NCBI GenBank assembly: GCA_964519305.1
Contig: CAZFHY010000029.1
Span: forward strand, 1-26,380
DNA from: Candidatus Undinarchaeota archaeon
Lineage (GTDB): Archaea; SpSt-1190; JASMDC01
DNA length: 26,380 nucleotides
Direction of reading: 5' to 3'
Below the pieces are notes generated by a model, which saw only the letters and a list, made by a program, of their open reading frames with translations, ran no database searches and was not told where the DNA came from. This document shows, piece by piece, positions 8,917 to 17,422 of this stretch. Within the stretch, counting starts at the first letter, position 1, and every line of letters starts with the position of its first letter. The translations under genes and the position numbers were made by a program.

Positions 8917-10854
8917 ATGGCTGGGGACTCATCCGTGGGGGGAAGCGGTACCTTCATCCGCCACCCCCTCCTAGTCCAGGGGGCGGTCGAGGATCGGCTC
9001 TACCAGCAGGTCATCCTCGGCACGGCAGCCGCGCGCAACACCCTTGTCATCCTGCCCACTGCGCTGGGAAAGACGGTCATCAGCCTCCTCGTCGCCGTCC
9101 TGCGCCTCACGAGGTACCCATGGGGGAAGGTGCTCGTCATGGCTCCAACGGTGCCGCTCGCCACCCAGCACCGGGAGTCGTTCCGCCGGTTCCTCAACTC
9201 CGATGTCCCCGACGGGGCCATCTCCCTGGTCACGGGGAAGGTTCCCCAGGGGAAGAGGAAGTTCCTCTGGGATGCGTCCCGGCTCGTGTTCGCCACCCCC
9301 CAGACCGTGCGCAACGACCTGCGGAAGGGGAGGTACGACCTCTCGTCGGTGTCGCTCGTGGTCTTCGACGAGGCGCACCGGGCGCGCAGCAACTACGCCT
9401 ACACCGAGATTGCGCGCCGCTACCTCAAGGACTGCCCGGACACCCTCGTCCTGGCACTGACTGCGTCGCCGGGGAGCACGCGCGAGCGCATCGGCGAGCT
9501 GTGCGAGGCGCTCGCCGTCGAGGCCATCGAGTTCCGCTCCGACGCGGACCCCGACGTTGCGCCCCACGTCCACGCCATCGAGCGCCGCTGGCACGAGGTG
9601 GAGCTCTCCGACGAGTACCGGCGCATCAGGGACCTCCTGCGCTCACTCCTCGACGACCGTATCAAACAGCTCCGGTCCATGGACCTGCTACCCCGCGGGG
9701 GGAAGAGCGGCAGGGTGTCCAAGACCAAGCTCCTAGAACTGGGAAGGGAGCTGCAGAGGAGGGTCGCTGAGGGCGCCAAGGGCTCCATCTACTGGATGAT
9801 CGGCCTGCAGTCCTCCTCGGTCTCGCTGATGCACGCCATCGAGGTGCTCACAACCCAGGACGTGTCCGTGCTCCTCCACTTCCTTCGTGAGATGGAGAAG
9901 AAGGAGAGCAGGACCGCAAGGAAGCTGTGCGGGGAACCGCGGTTCAGGGAGGCGGTGGCGCTGGCGGAGCGAAACCGGGACCACCCCCACCCCAAACTCG
10001 CCGCAGTCTCGCTCCTTGTGGGGGACGAGCTGGAGCGCGACGGCGACGCCCGCCTCATCGTGTTCACCCAGTATCGCGACACTGTCGACCGCATCATGTC
10101 CACCCTCGCAGCCGTCCCCGGCGCGCGGCCGGTGCGGTTCGTCGGCCAGGCGAAGAAGGCGGGCAGCCCCGGCCTCAGCCAGAAGGAGCAGCACCGCATC
10201 ATCAGGGAGTTCAGCGACGGGCTCTACAACGTCCTGGTGGCGACCTGCATCGCCGAGGAGGGCCTGGACATCCCCTCGGTGAGCAATGTGATCTTCTACG
10301 AGCCGATCCCCAGCGAGATCCGGCTCATCCAGCGGCGCGGCCGCACCGGCCGCAAGCAGGCGGGCGCCGTGGACGTCCTCATCACCCGCGACACCCTGGA
10401 CGAGGTGTTCTACTGGGCGAGCAAGAGCCGTGAGAAGCGCATGAAGTCCATCGTGTCCACCCTCAACCGCGGGCTGTCGCGGAGCATCGAGCGCACCCGC
10501 ATACCCGAGCCGCCGGGCTGGGAGGAGCGCGCTGCGGATGTCCGGGCAAGGCTCGGGCGAGGGAAGAGGGGGCCCCGCCCCGCTCCCGCACGTGCGGAGG
10601 CGCCGCCACGACCGGCCGCACCCGCCAGGCCGTCCCCCTCCCCGGCTGCGGGCCCCGCCGCCGCGCCGTCCCGCGTCGTCCGGTGGGTCGTCTCATACGT
10701 CCAGAGGCACGGGGGCGATGCCGAACTCGACGATCTGCTCGCGTTTGCGGAGGAGGAGGGCCTGGACGCCGCGTCCGTGGGGGCGGCCCTGGAGCGGCTC
10801 GCCGCCGAGGGCGTCATCTACCGCCCCTCGCCCTCGCGCGTGGGAATGGTGTAG
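8917..10854 (+). CDS. Hef/FANCM-like SF2 DEAH helicase with C-terminal winged helix and no ERCC4 nuclease domain
   Basis: FIRHPLL..RLYQ, LPTALGKT, FDEAHRA, LTASPG, HPKL, IVFTQYRDT, ATCIAEEGLDIP, IQRRGRTGR. ATG at 8917 after AGGTGG. Confidence 0.93.
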   Translation: MAGDSSVGGSGTFIRHPLLVQGAVEDRLYQQVILGTAAARNTLVILPTALGKTVISLLVAVLRLTRYPWGKVLVMAPTVPLATQHRESFRRFLNSDVPDGAISLVTGKVPQGKRKFLWDASRLVFATPQTVRNDLRKGRYDLSSVSLVVFDEAHRARSNYAYTEIARRYLKDCPDTLVLALTASPGSTRERIGELCEALAVEAIEFRSDADPDVAPHVHAIERRWHEVELSDEYRRIRDLLRSLLDDRIKQLRSMDLLPRGGKSGRVSKTKLLELGRELQRRVAEGAKGSIYWMIGLQSSSVSLMHAIEVLTTQDVSVLLHFLREMEKKESRTARKLCGEPRFREAVALAERNRDHPHPKLAAVSLLVGDELERDGDARLIVFTQYRDTVDRIMSTLAAVPGARPVRFVGQAKKAGSPGLSQKEQHRIIREFSDGLYNVLVATCIAEEGLDIPSVSNVIFYEPIPSEIRLIQRRGRTGRKQAGAVDVLITRDTLDEVFYWASKSREKRMKSIVSTLNRGLSRSIERTRIPEPPGWEERAADVRARLGRGKRGPRPAPARAEAPPRPAAPARPSPSPAAGPAAAPSRVVRWVVSYVQRHGGDAELDDLLAFAEEEGLDAASVGAALERLAAEGVIYRPSPSRVGMV

Positions 10855-11008
10855 TGCGGCGGCGGCACCGGGCCGATCGGGAGCATGGGGACGGGCGAGG
10901 TCTCGGCATTCCGCCCGACATGCCAACACAATTAAAGATTCGCCGCGCGCTATCGGTATGCGCGCCGGGGGCCGAGGCCCGCGGGCGCGAACGAGCGAAG
11001 TGGTTGAC

Positions 11009-12043
11009 GTGGCGAAGGTCGGCAGGAACGAACCGTGCCCCTGCGGCAGCGGGAAGAAGTACAAGAAGTGCTGCATCCCCCTGGGGGTGGAGGCCGCCGC
11101 GGGTGGAGCGGGCCCTACTGGAGCGGTGGCCGGTCGGCATGAAGGTAGCACCGGTCGCGACCTGAAGCCCGCGCGTGACCCCCTCCACGACATGAAGGGT
11201 CTGGACATCCCCTCGCTCCCCGAGGGCGTCAGGGGGATGTCCACCGAGCGGATCGTCCAGAAGCTCCGCGAGTTGGGTGTCGACTTCAGGGAGGAGGTCT
11301 TCCTCAAGGACGTGAGACAATTCCGCTCCGCGGTGGAGCTTTCCGAGCACTGGTGGGATGTACACCCCGTCACGGCGGAGGATCACGAGGAGGACTTCAT
11401 CTGGTCGGCCGCCATCGTGCTCTGGGAGAGGTTGGCACCGGACGTCGTCAACGTGGAGATGCTGGATGACATGATGAGAAAGGGCTATAGCCTCACCGAA
11501 GAGGGGCAGTTCACGGAGGGCTGTAACCTCTGGCTCGACCTGTGGGAAATCCTGAAGGGATGGTTCACCCCGGACATGCGCTCGATATGGGATGCTGAGC
11601 GGGTGTTCAATGGATCGGACTTCCTCTTCAACTGGTGCCAGGAGCTGGAGAGGCGTCTGGGCGAGGCCGGGAGCATGGACCCATCATTCCACGAGAGGAG
11701 GCTTGCCTTCTGCCGGGAGTTCTGCAGGCTCTTCCCGGAAACGGACGAGTCCCTGCTTATCCGCATGAGGGTAGCCGAGGCCAGGTCCCTTTTCGCCCTC
11801 GCGCGAGCCGATGAGGGGGACTCCGCCTTCGAGGCCCTGACACAGGAGTACCCCCATCTGGCGTGGCCCGTAATCGAATGGGGAGACATGTACCACAGGC
11901 CAAGAATGAATGATGTGGTTCGCCCTGATCTTGAAAGGGCGAAGAGGATCTATCGTATGGGGCTGGGGAGGGACGACGACGAGGCGGTCAACAGGCGGCT
12001 CGCGAAGCTCGAAGGGGAGATGGATGGTAGCCATGGGGGCTGA
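11009..12043 (+). CDS. SEC-C (Zn-binding) motif protein with helical/TPR-like C-terminus
   Basis: KVGRNEPCPCGSGKKYKKCC directly after GTG 11009. The upstream part of the track ORF overlaps the helicase and is spurious. Confidence 0.85.
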   Translation: MAKVGRNEPCPCGSGKKYKKCCIPLGVEAAAGGAGPTGAVAGRHEGSTGRDLKPARDPLHDMKGLDIPSLPEGVRGMSTERIVQKLRELGVDFREEVFLKDVRQFRSAVELSEHWWDVHPVTAEDHEEDFIWSAAIVLWERLAPDVVNVEMLDDMMRKGYSLTEEGQFTEGCNLWLDLWEILKGWFTPDMRSIWDAERVFNGSDFLFNWCQELERRLGEAGSMDPSFHERRLAFCREFCRLFPETDESLLIRMRVAEARSLFALARADEGDSAFEALTQEYPHLAWPVIEWGDMYHRPRMNDVVRPDLERAKRIYRMGLGRDDDEAVNRRLAKLEGEMDGSHGG

Positions 12044-12122
12044 TGAGCCGGTCCGATGTGCCTTCCGCAACATCCCCGTCAAGGGCGATCGCGCGGAGCA
12101 ACAAGGGGCACATCCGCCGTCA

Positions 12123-12737
12123 CTACCCAAGCTCCGAGAGGCGGGACGCGATCAACTCGCCGATGTCGCCGTCGTACTCGAACGTCCAGATGGTGCCCTT
12201 TCCGGAGGCGTGGATCCTGCGAGCCTCGCCGTAGTATCCTCGTGCAAGCCCCTTCGCCCCCCTCACCTTGTAGAACCGCCACCGGTTGTAGTACGTCTCC
12301 CCCAAGTGGAGGGAGCCCTCCAAGGCGTCCGGGTGGGATTCGAGGACCTTCCGGTACATCGGGATGGCCTCATCGTAGCGGTTCATGCTCCTGAGCACGT
12401 TGGCGAGCCGCACGAGCGTCCCGGGATCGTCGGGCTCCTCGCGTGCACGCTTCCGGGCGAAGGGGAGCATCTTGGAGAACTCCATCTCTCGTCCGAACGC
12501 ACGGACCGCCTCGGGAAAAACCACGTCCTCGAACTCCCTGAACGCGGAGCCGACCCTCCTGAGCATGAGCTCCATTTCCGAGGGCTCCACCCGCTCGACA
12601 TCGTGGCTCCCGCACCTGCGGCACATGATCTCAAGCGAGTACATGACCGTATCGGCTCCATCACCGATGACCGTCACCAGGTCGACCTCGATGACAGACC
12701 TCTTCCCGCATCCCCTGCAGAGGAACTTGCACTTCAC
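12123..12737 (-). CDS. Zn-ribbon plus tetratricopeptide-repeat protein
   Basis: CRGC..CRRCGS, then LVRLANVLRSMNRYDEAIPMYRKVLESHPD..LHLGETYY. GTG 12737 with an aaggTTTTATT box about 25 bp upstream. Confidence 0.8.
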   Translation of the reverse strand: MKCKFLCRGCGKRSVIEVDLVTVIGDGADTVMYSLEIMCRRCGSHDVERVEPSEMELMLRRVGSAFREFEDVVFPEAVRAFGREMEFSKMLPFARKRAREEPDDPGTLVRLANVLRSMNRYDEAIPMYRKVLESHPDALEGSLHLGETYYNRWRFYKVRGAKGLARGYYGEARRIHASGKGTIWTFEYDGDIGELIASRLSELG

Positions 12738-12855
12738 GCGCTCGTTGTAAGGGCCTACGAATAAAACCTTGCCGCTCTCGCCGGCGTGATGGCGGCTACG
12801 CCATCGGCGCAGTCGTGGTGGCCGAGGCGGGTAGATTCGGGCTGAGGGCAGTGTG

Positions 12856-12966
12856 CGGGCGGCCCACAAAGGGGTGTTTTTGGACCGGTCGCCCTTCCGT
12901 GAGAAAAACGCTAGCAGGGGGCCAAGCGGGATCCCGGTTTCCGAGGGGGGAATTTTGGGCCACCCT
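12856..12966 (-). mobile_element. MITE-like element, copy 2 (inverted relative to copy 1, degenerate right TIR)
   Basis: Ungapped alignment to 8680-8790 with 87/111 identities by manual count. Confidence 0.65.
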
Positions 12967-13197
12967 CCAGCCACATGAGCGAAGAGGCGCGGAGTCCAGC
13001 TTCAAGCTCGTATATAATTAACTCCCGAACTAGGTACACAACTATAATATTTATCCACTTATATTCTCGTGATAATACAAGCGAAGCTCATTGTATGTAT
13101 TATATAGCTGTGGCACCTGAAACCGCTAATAAGAGGCTGAATCCAGGTGATAATTTATCCCTGTGTTCTAGAATTGTCCCCACTTACAACGAAATAC

Positions 13198-13221
13198 CTA
13201 TCGAGAACGCTATCGAGAACG
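13198..13221 (+). repeat. Tandem 12-bp direct repeat CTATCGAGAACG x2
   Basis: Exact copies at 13198-13209 and 13210-13221, in an AT-rich stretch upstream of the gene at 13262. Confidence 0.8.
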
Positions 13222-13261
13222 TCAGTTTTTTATGTATGCACCTTTTTCTACTTCCGTAAAG

Positions 13262-13633
13262 ATGGGAGCGCGTAAAAAGAAGAGGTTTCCGAGTCAGATA
13301 CGGTACGATCAAAAGCATCCATCAGTCGGTGTGAGGTTGCCCAGGAAGGAGTATGATCAGGTCTGCAGGACCGCCGAAAGGCTCGGGAAGAGCGTGAGCG
13401 AGGTCATCCGTGACGCCTTGCTTCGCCGAGTGAGCGGTGAGCACAGATCCTGGGACATGGGCCATGCCAGGGGTTACGAGGACGCAAAGCGGGACTACAG
13501 GGTCTGGTTCCGCTGTTCGCGGTGTGGTCGGGAGATAACGGTCCGTCCCTGCTCCGAGGGCCACAAGACGTTGATCGAACTGATGAGGGAGGCTCGCATG
13601 GCTCACGTGGAATGCCCCGGGAGCACGTCTTGA
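13262..13633 (+). CDS. RHH/CopG-like DNA-binding protein with C-terminal Cys/His zinc motif, paralog A
   Basis: SVGVRLPRKEYDQVCRTAERLGKSVSEVIRDAL (RHH pattern); CSRCG..H..HVEC. Clear paralog at 14604..14987. Confidence 0.8.
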   Translation: MGARKKKRFPSQIRYDQKHPSVGVRLPRKEYDQVCRTAERLGKSVSEVIRDALLRRVSGEHRSWDMGHARGYEDAKRDYRVWFRCSRCGREITVRPCSEGHKTLIELMREARMAHVECPGSTS

Positions 13634-13639
13634 CCACCT

Positions 13640-13940
13640 CGTGCATTCCCGGCTTCTGGCGGGGCTGCCGATGGAGGGGGCTGCCGTCATCCCTGCCCTC
13701 TCCGTCCTCGCCTCCGCCGATTCTGGCTGGTCCCGGGGCCCATCTGCCATCTCCTGGAGCTCATCCACGACGTTGCGGACCGACTACGCAATGCTCTCGC
13801 TCGCCGGCTCTCTGATGACCTCGGTTCAGGCTCTGTCCATGACCGGGCCATCGGCCTCCAGGAAGGCTCTCGTAGGGACCTGGGACCGCCTCTGGTGGAT
13901 GTTCTGGGAGGGGTGTCCCCCCAGTACCTCATGACGATGC
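13640..13940 (-). pseudogene. Possible decayed ORF with two in-frame stops
   Basis: Track ORFs 13826..14086 and 13322..13768 share a frame that reads AFLEADGPVMDRA*TEVIREPASESIA*SVRNVVDELQEMADG with coding-like GC3 bias. Boundaries approximate. Confidence 0.3.
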
Positions 13941-14418
13941 CTGTTGGGCCTCTGATGGGAAAGGTGTGCGGCTTCCCCCGAACGGTATCCATCGGGGGTT
14001 GGCTTGGTTGATGCGGCGTGCGGTCCAAGAGCGAGAAGGGGACGTCCATATCCGGCGGCGTTCCGAATGCGGCATCGCTTCCGCACCCCTTCTGCAGCGC
14101 ATTCAGGTGTGACTTACGAACCTTCCCTTCGAGTGCCCCTCGGACCCCCCCGGGCGCCATGCACCGTTGCCTATCCTTGCGATGTTGTCGGAACTGCACG
14201 GGTTGCACCGCACTGGGGCCCATCTAGACCGAGCATCTCCTCCTGGGATGACACCATAGCAGTAGTAGCGGCAAAGTAGAGTGCTCCTGCATCAGGCACC
14301 CTCCATTCGGTGGAGCAACCATTAAGATACGGCCTTGCTTATCCCCTGTCACAGTCTAGAATGTGCCCCTTGTTCACGATTCACCATGGCGGCCTTTGCT
14401 CATTAACCTGGGAAAAAA

Positions 14419-14510
14419 CCATCGTTTTCGCAATCGCAATCGTCATCGTATACGTCAATGAGCCATGCTTCCATCGTTTGCGATGGCGATTACGATGTGG
14501 ATTGCGACGC
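14419..14510. repeat. Inverted pair of degenerate hexamer arrays (NNATCG)
   Basis: ccatcg ttttcg caatcg caatcg tcatcg tatacg tcaatg, then ccatcg-tttg-cgatgg cgatta cgatgt ggattg cgacgc. Confidence 0.6.
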
Positions 14511-14603
14511 TATCGGGGAGGGTCGGTCCATTCTAACGCGAAAGAGCGTGGGATCTACCCCTCAGGCCCCGAGTCATGCTCCCGCCCTCGATCGTCGGCC
14601 CGG

Positions 14604-14987
14604 TCACGTCTGTTTGTTGTGGCATGATGCGTGGCCCCAGCCTTTTTCCTTCATCATCTCAATCATCGACTTGTGATCATTATCGTTTGGTAGCATCGTT
14701 ATACGTTTACCACATATAGCGCAGTAGTACCAAATCTCATGCTCTATCTTGGCCTTCCTGTACCCGGCGTTGTGCCCCGTGGTGTGCCCCGCCCTGTACC
14801 TGCTCGTCTTGTTCTTGACGTCCTTGTTCAGGGCTTCCCGTACCAGCACGCCGATTGTCTCGCCCTCCTGCTCGGCCATCTCCTTAATCATCTCGTACTC
14901 CTCGGTGGTCACGCGGAAGGAGATGGTTGGATGCTTTTCATCGTAGCGGATCTGGCTGGGAAAGCGTCGATGCTTCTTTTGACTCAT
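14604..14987 (-). CDS. RHH/CopG-like DNA-binding protein with C-terminal Cys/His zinc motif, paralog B
   Basis: RFPSQIRYDEKHP shared with paralog A; TISFRVTTEEYEMIKEMAEQEGETIGVLVREAL; CAICG..H..HASC. Confidence 0.82.
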   Translation of the reverse strand: MSQKKHRRFPSQIRYDEKHPTISFRVTTEEYEMIKEMAEQEGETIGVLVREALNKDVKNKTSRYRAGHTTGHNAGYRKAKIEHEIWYYCAICGKRITMLPNDNDHKSMIEMMKEKGWGHASCHNKQT

Positions 14988-15245
14988 CTATCCTTCGCCA
15001 CCATCGACGCGGACGAACAGACGGCTCCTGCCGTCAATCGTTAGACAGAGCAATCCGATGTAGGTCCCAATGGGAACTTCGCCCAGGGCACCCTGAAGTG
15101 TCCTGGCCTCCTCGGAGTCCAGAGGGTAAGCCAATAGGCGATCATGTACGATGACGCGTAGCTCATGGCCGCGCCTTTCGAACTTGTTCAGCTCTCCGCA
15201 CACCTCGCGACAGTCCTTGAGGCTTGTCCTACGGATTGGTGCCAT
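14988..15245 (-). CDS. Small hypothetical beta-rich protein, coupled to paralog B
   Basis: Its TAG directly abuts the ATG at 14987. Start uncertain (ATG 15245, or as far up as 15311). Confidence 0.6.
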   Translation of the reverse strand: MAPIRRTSLKDCREVCGELNKFERRGHELRVIVHDRLLAYPLDSEEARTLQGALGEVPIGTYIGLLCLTIDGRSRLFVRVDGGEG

Positions 15246-15484
15246 GATCCCGGAGCAATCGGGCTCCCTCCTATCAGGGGAATGACCTTCGTTGCCGCCC
15301 ATGTTGTTCACTGTATAACTCTAAGGGCTTGGAACGTAGATAATGACTGCCTTGGAAGATCGCGATTTCGACACACGGAAGGGGATGTCGTGGGGGAGAA
15401 CGCCAGATGTGAGCCCCCTTTCGGATTGGATGAAGTTGGAAGCTTTTTAAAGAGGGAGTTGGGAGTAGTCCAAGGCACCTCCAA

Positions 15485-16426
15485 GTGGTCAAGATGCGAA
15501 ATCCCAAGCAGCAAAAGCTCAAGCATGAGGACGATGTCAGGGAGGTCTTCAAGGGGCGGGAACGGATGACGGGGCGTGAGCTCAGGAGAAGGCTTCGCGA
15601 AGAGCGCAATATGTCATCATCGAGTGCAGACGATACCGTAAAGAGGATGTCAAGGAAAGGGAGGGAACCCCCCCGGATTGAGCCAAGGGGCGGCTACCTG
15701 CGCTTCATGGACCACGAGGAAGGCGAGAGGGAGGCCCGCGATGAAAATGAGACGTTGTTCATCGGCATGCTGGAGGAAGCCCTGGGCGACGGGCTCGCCG
15801 CAGCCAACGCACCCGGGGCAGTCCGTGAAGGGAAGCTGGACTTGGCCTTGAAAGGTATTAGCGGCCTCATCAGGGATAAGGGGCGAACCGGCACGGGACT
15901 TGCCCACGTACTGACCGAGGCATTGCACCGCGACCTCCCCATTGACCACAGGAGGACGGTCTCGGACCTCCTCCTTGGGCTCATGAGGAACGCCAAGGCC
16001 ACCACCGATGGCGATGAAACGACATTGTCCTTTTTCCGGGGCGCCCTCGTGGCTAAGGAGGGCAGTGACTGGAGGGGCCTGATGGCTCTTGCGATGGATC
16101 GCTCGGAGGACAGCGAGGTGCGATCCAACATCATCCGCCTCATGGGTGAGCTCGGCGACGGGAGATGCCTCACGTTACTGGGGATGATCGAGATCGTGGA
16201 TGACGATGAGGAGTATGGTCGCATCCAGCTCCCCCTCCTGTACTTCATCAGCAGGACCTACAACGAGAACAAGGTCACGGTCCGTGACATACTGTTCAAA
16301 TACAGGACCCATGAATCCGAACACGTAAGGAAGAGGGTAGAGAGGGTGCTATGGGAATTTCCCTCGATCGTCCACCTGGGAACGATCAATGACAGATGGC
16401 CCTATCCAAGCTTCGACCGAGACTGA
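15485..16426 (+). CDS. Protein with N-terminal winged-helix-like region and HEAT/ARM-like helical repeats
   Basis: MTGRELRRRL..SSSSADDTVKRM..GGYLRF; EDSEVRSNIIRLMGELGD and HESEHVRKRVERVL are HEAT-like. TTTTTAAA at 15444-15451. Start GTG 15485 or ATG 15494. Confidence 0.7.
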   Translation: MVKMRNPKQQKLKHEDDVREVFKGRERMTGRELRRRLREERNMSSSSADDTVKRMSRKGREPPRIEPRGGYLRFMDHEEGEREARDENETLFIGMLEEALGDGLAAANAPGAVREGKLDLALKGISGLIRDKGRTGTGLAHVLTEALHRDLPIDHRRTVSDLLLGLMRNAKATTDGDETTLSFFRGALVAKEGSDWRGLMALAMDRSEDSEVRSNIIRLMGELGDGRCLTLLGMIEIVDDDEEYGRIQLPLLYFISRTYNENKVTVRDILFKYRTHESEHVRKRVERVLWEFPSIVHLGTINDRWPYPSFDRD

Positions 16427-16441
16427 GGCGACGGCTCGCCC

Positions 16442-17422
16442 CTACACCCCGAGCTGCGGCACGTGCGCCAGGTACGCCTCGCGCAGCTCGTCGCGGGTTA
16501 TCCGGTCGTAGATGTCCACGGCGTCCCGCCGCTGGTCGCCGCGGAGCTCCTGCACCATCTCGCGCCGCATGCCCGCCTTCATGAGCGCGTGGGTGAACCA
16601 GTACCGCAGGGAGTGGGGGCCGAAGTGGTCATCGTGCTTCTCGGACCCGGGCTTGTGGAGCCCGGCCCGCTCCGCATGCTTGATGACGAGGGAGTAGACG
16701 CCGTTGCGCTTCAGCCGCGTCCCGTTGGTGCCCACGAAGAGGGCGGGGCTCCTGACGTTCAGCTTCCCGCGGACCTCGACCCACCTGCGGAGCACCCGGG
16801 CGCACTCCTCGTCGAGGAACACCGTCCGGTTGGTCCGCTTGGCGAACGAGTCCTTGAGGGTGATGGAGCCCTCCTCCCAGTCGATGTCGTCCACATCCAT
16901 TGCGATGAGCTCGCCGCGCCGGACGCCCGTCTTTGCCAGCAGCACGACGAGCGCCCTGTCCCTCGGGCTGACGATCGACCTGACGAGGTTGGAGAGCTCC
17001 TCCGTCGTCGGCACCCGGCGGGGGGCGCCGCTGCTGTTGTTCCCGTTCTTCTTGTAAGTGCGCAGGTACCGCTCGCGAACGGGCAGGACGGGGTTGATGG
17101 GGACGAGGTCCATGTACACGAGGTACTTGTAGAAGCTTGAGAGCGCGGCGAAGTAGTTCTCCATGGTGGCCTGCGCCAGGCCGCGCTCCGAGCGGAGGTG
17201 CCACAGGAAGGCCTCCAGGCCCTCCCGGCTCGTGTCCGGGCACCTCCCCCTGTCGTGCAGGAACCGGGCCCACGTGCGCAGGTTCGAGCGGTAGCTTCGG
17301 ATCGTCTCCGGCGACATGCCCCGCATCTCGCAGTCGGCGATGAAGCCGGCGATGTGCCCGTCCAGGTCCCCCGGCACGGGGACGTTGAACCCGTTCCCGT
17401 TGGCATGCGTCGCGCCCGCCAT
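16442..17422 (-). CDS. Tyrosine recombinase/integrase (XerC/D-like)
   Basis: SAM-like N-domain (RGMSPETIRSYRSNL..ALSSFYKYL..NP); KTGVRRGEL, KRT, HSLRY, LRGD..DIY. The ATG at 17422 overlaps the upstream stop (TGATG). Confidence 0.95.
   Translation of the reverse strand: MAGATHANGNGFNVPVPGDLDGHIAGFIADCEMRGMSPETIRSYRSNLRTWARFLHDRGRCPDTSREGLEAFLWHLRSERGLAQATMENYFAALSSFYKYLVYMDLVPINPVLPVRERYLRTYKKNGNNSSGAPRRVPTTEELSNLVRSIVSPRDRALVVLLAKTGVRRGELIAMDVDDIDWEEGSITLKDSFAKRTNRTVFLDEECARVLRRWVEVRGKLNVRSPALFVGTNGTRLKRNGVYSLVIKHAERAGLHKPGSEKHDDHFGPHSLRYWFTHALMKAGMRREMVQELRGDQRRDAVDIYDRITRDELREAYLAHVPQLGV

Noticed and set aside
10538-11008. 157-aa N-terminal extension of the SEC-C ORF
   Set aside because: Overlaps the helicase 3' end and is low-complexity Arg/Pro/Gly translation of GC-rich DNA.
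12040-12110. CTGATGAG, a hammerhead ribozyme core start
   Set aside because: No matching GAAA core or closing stems; it overlaps the SEC-C gene stop codon.
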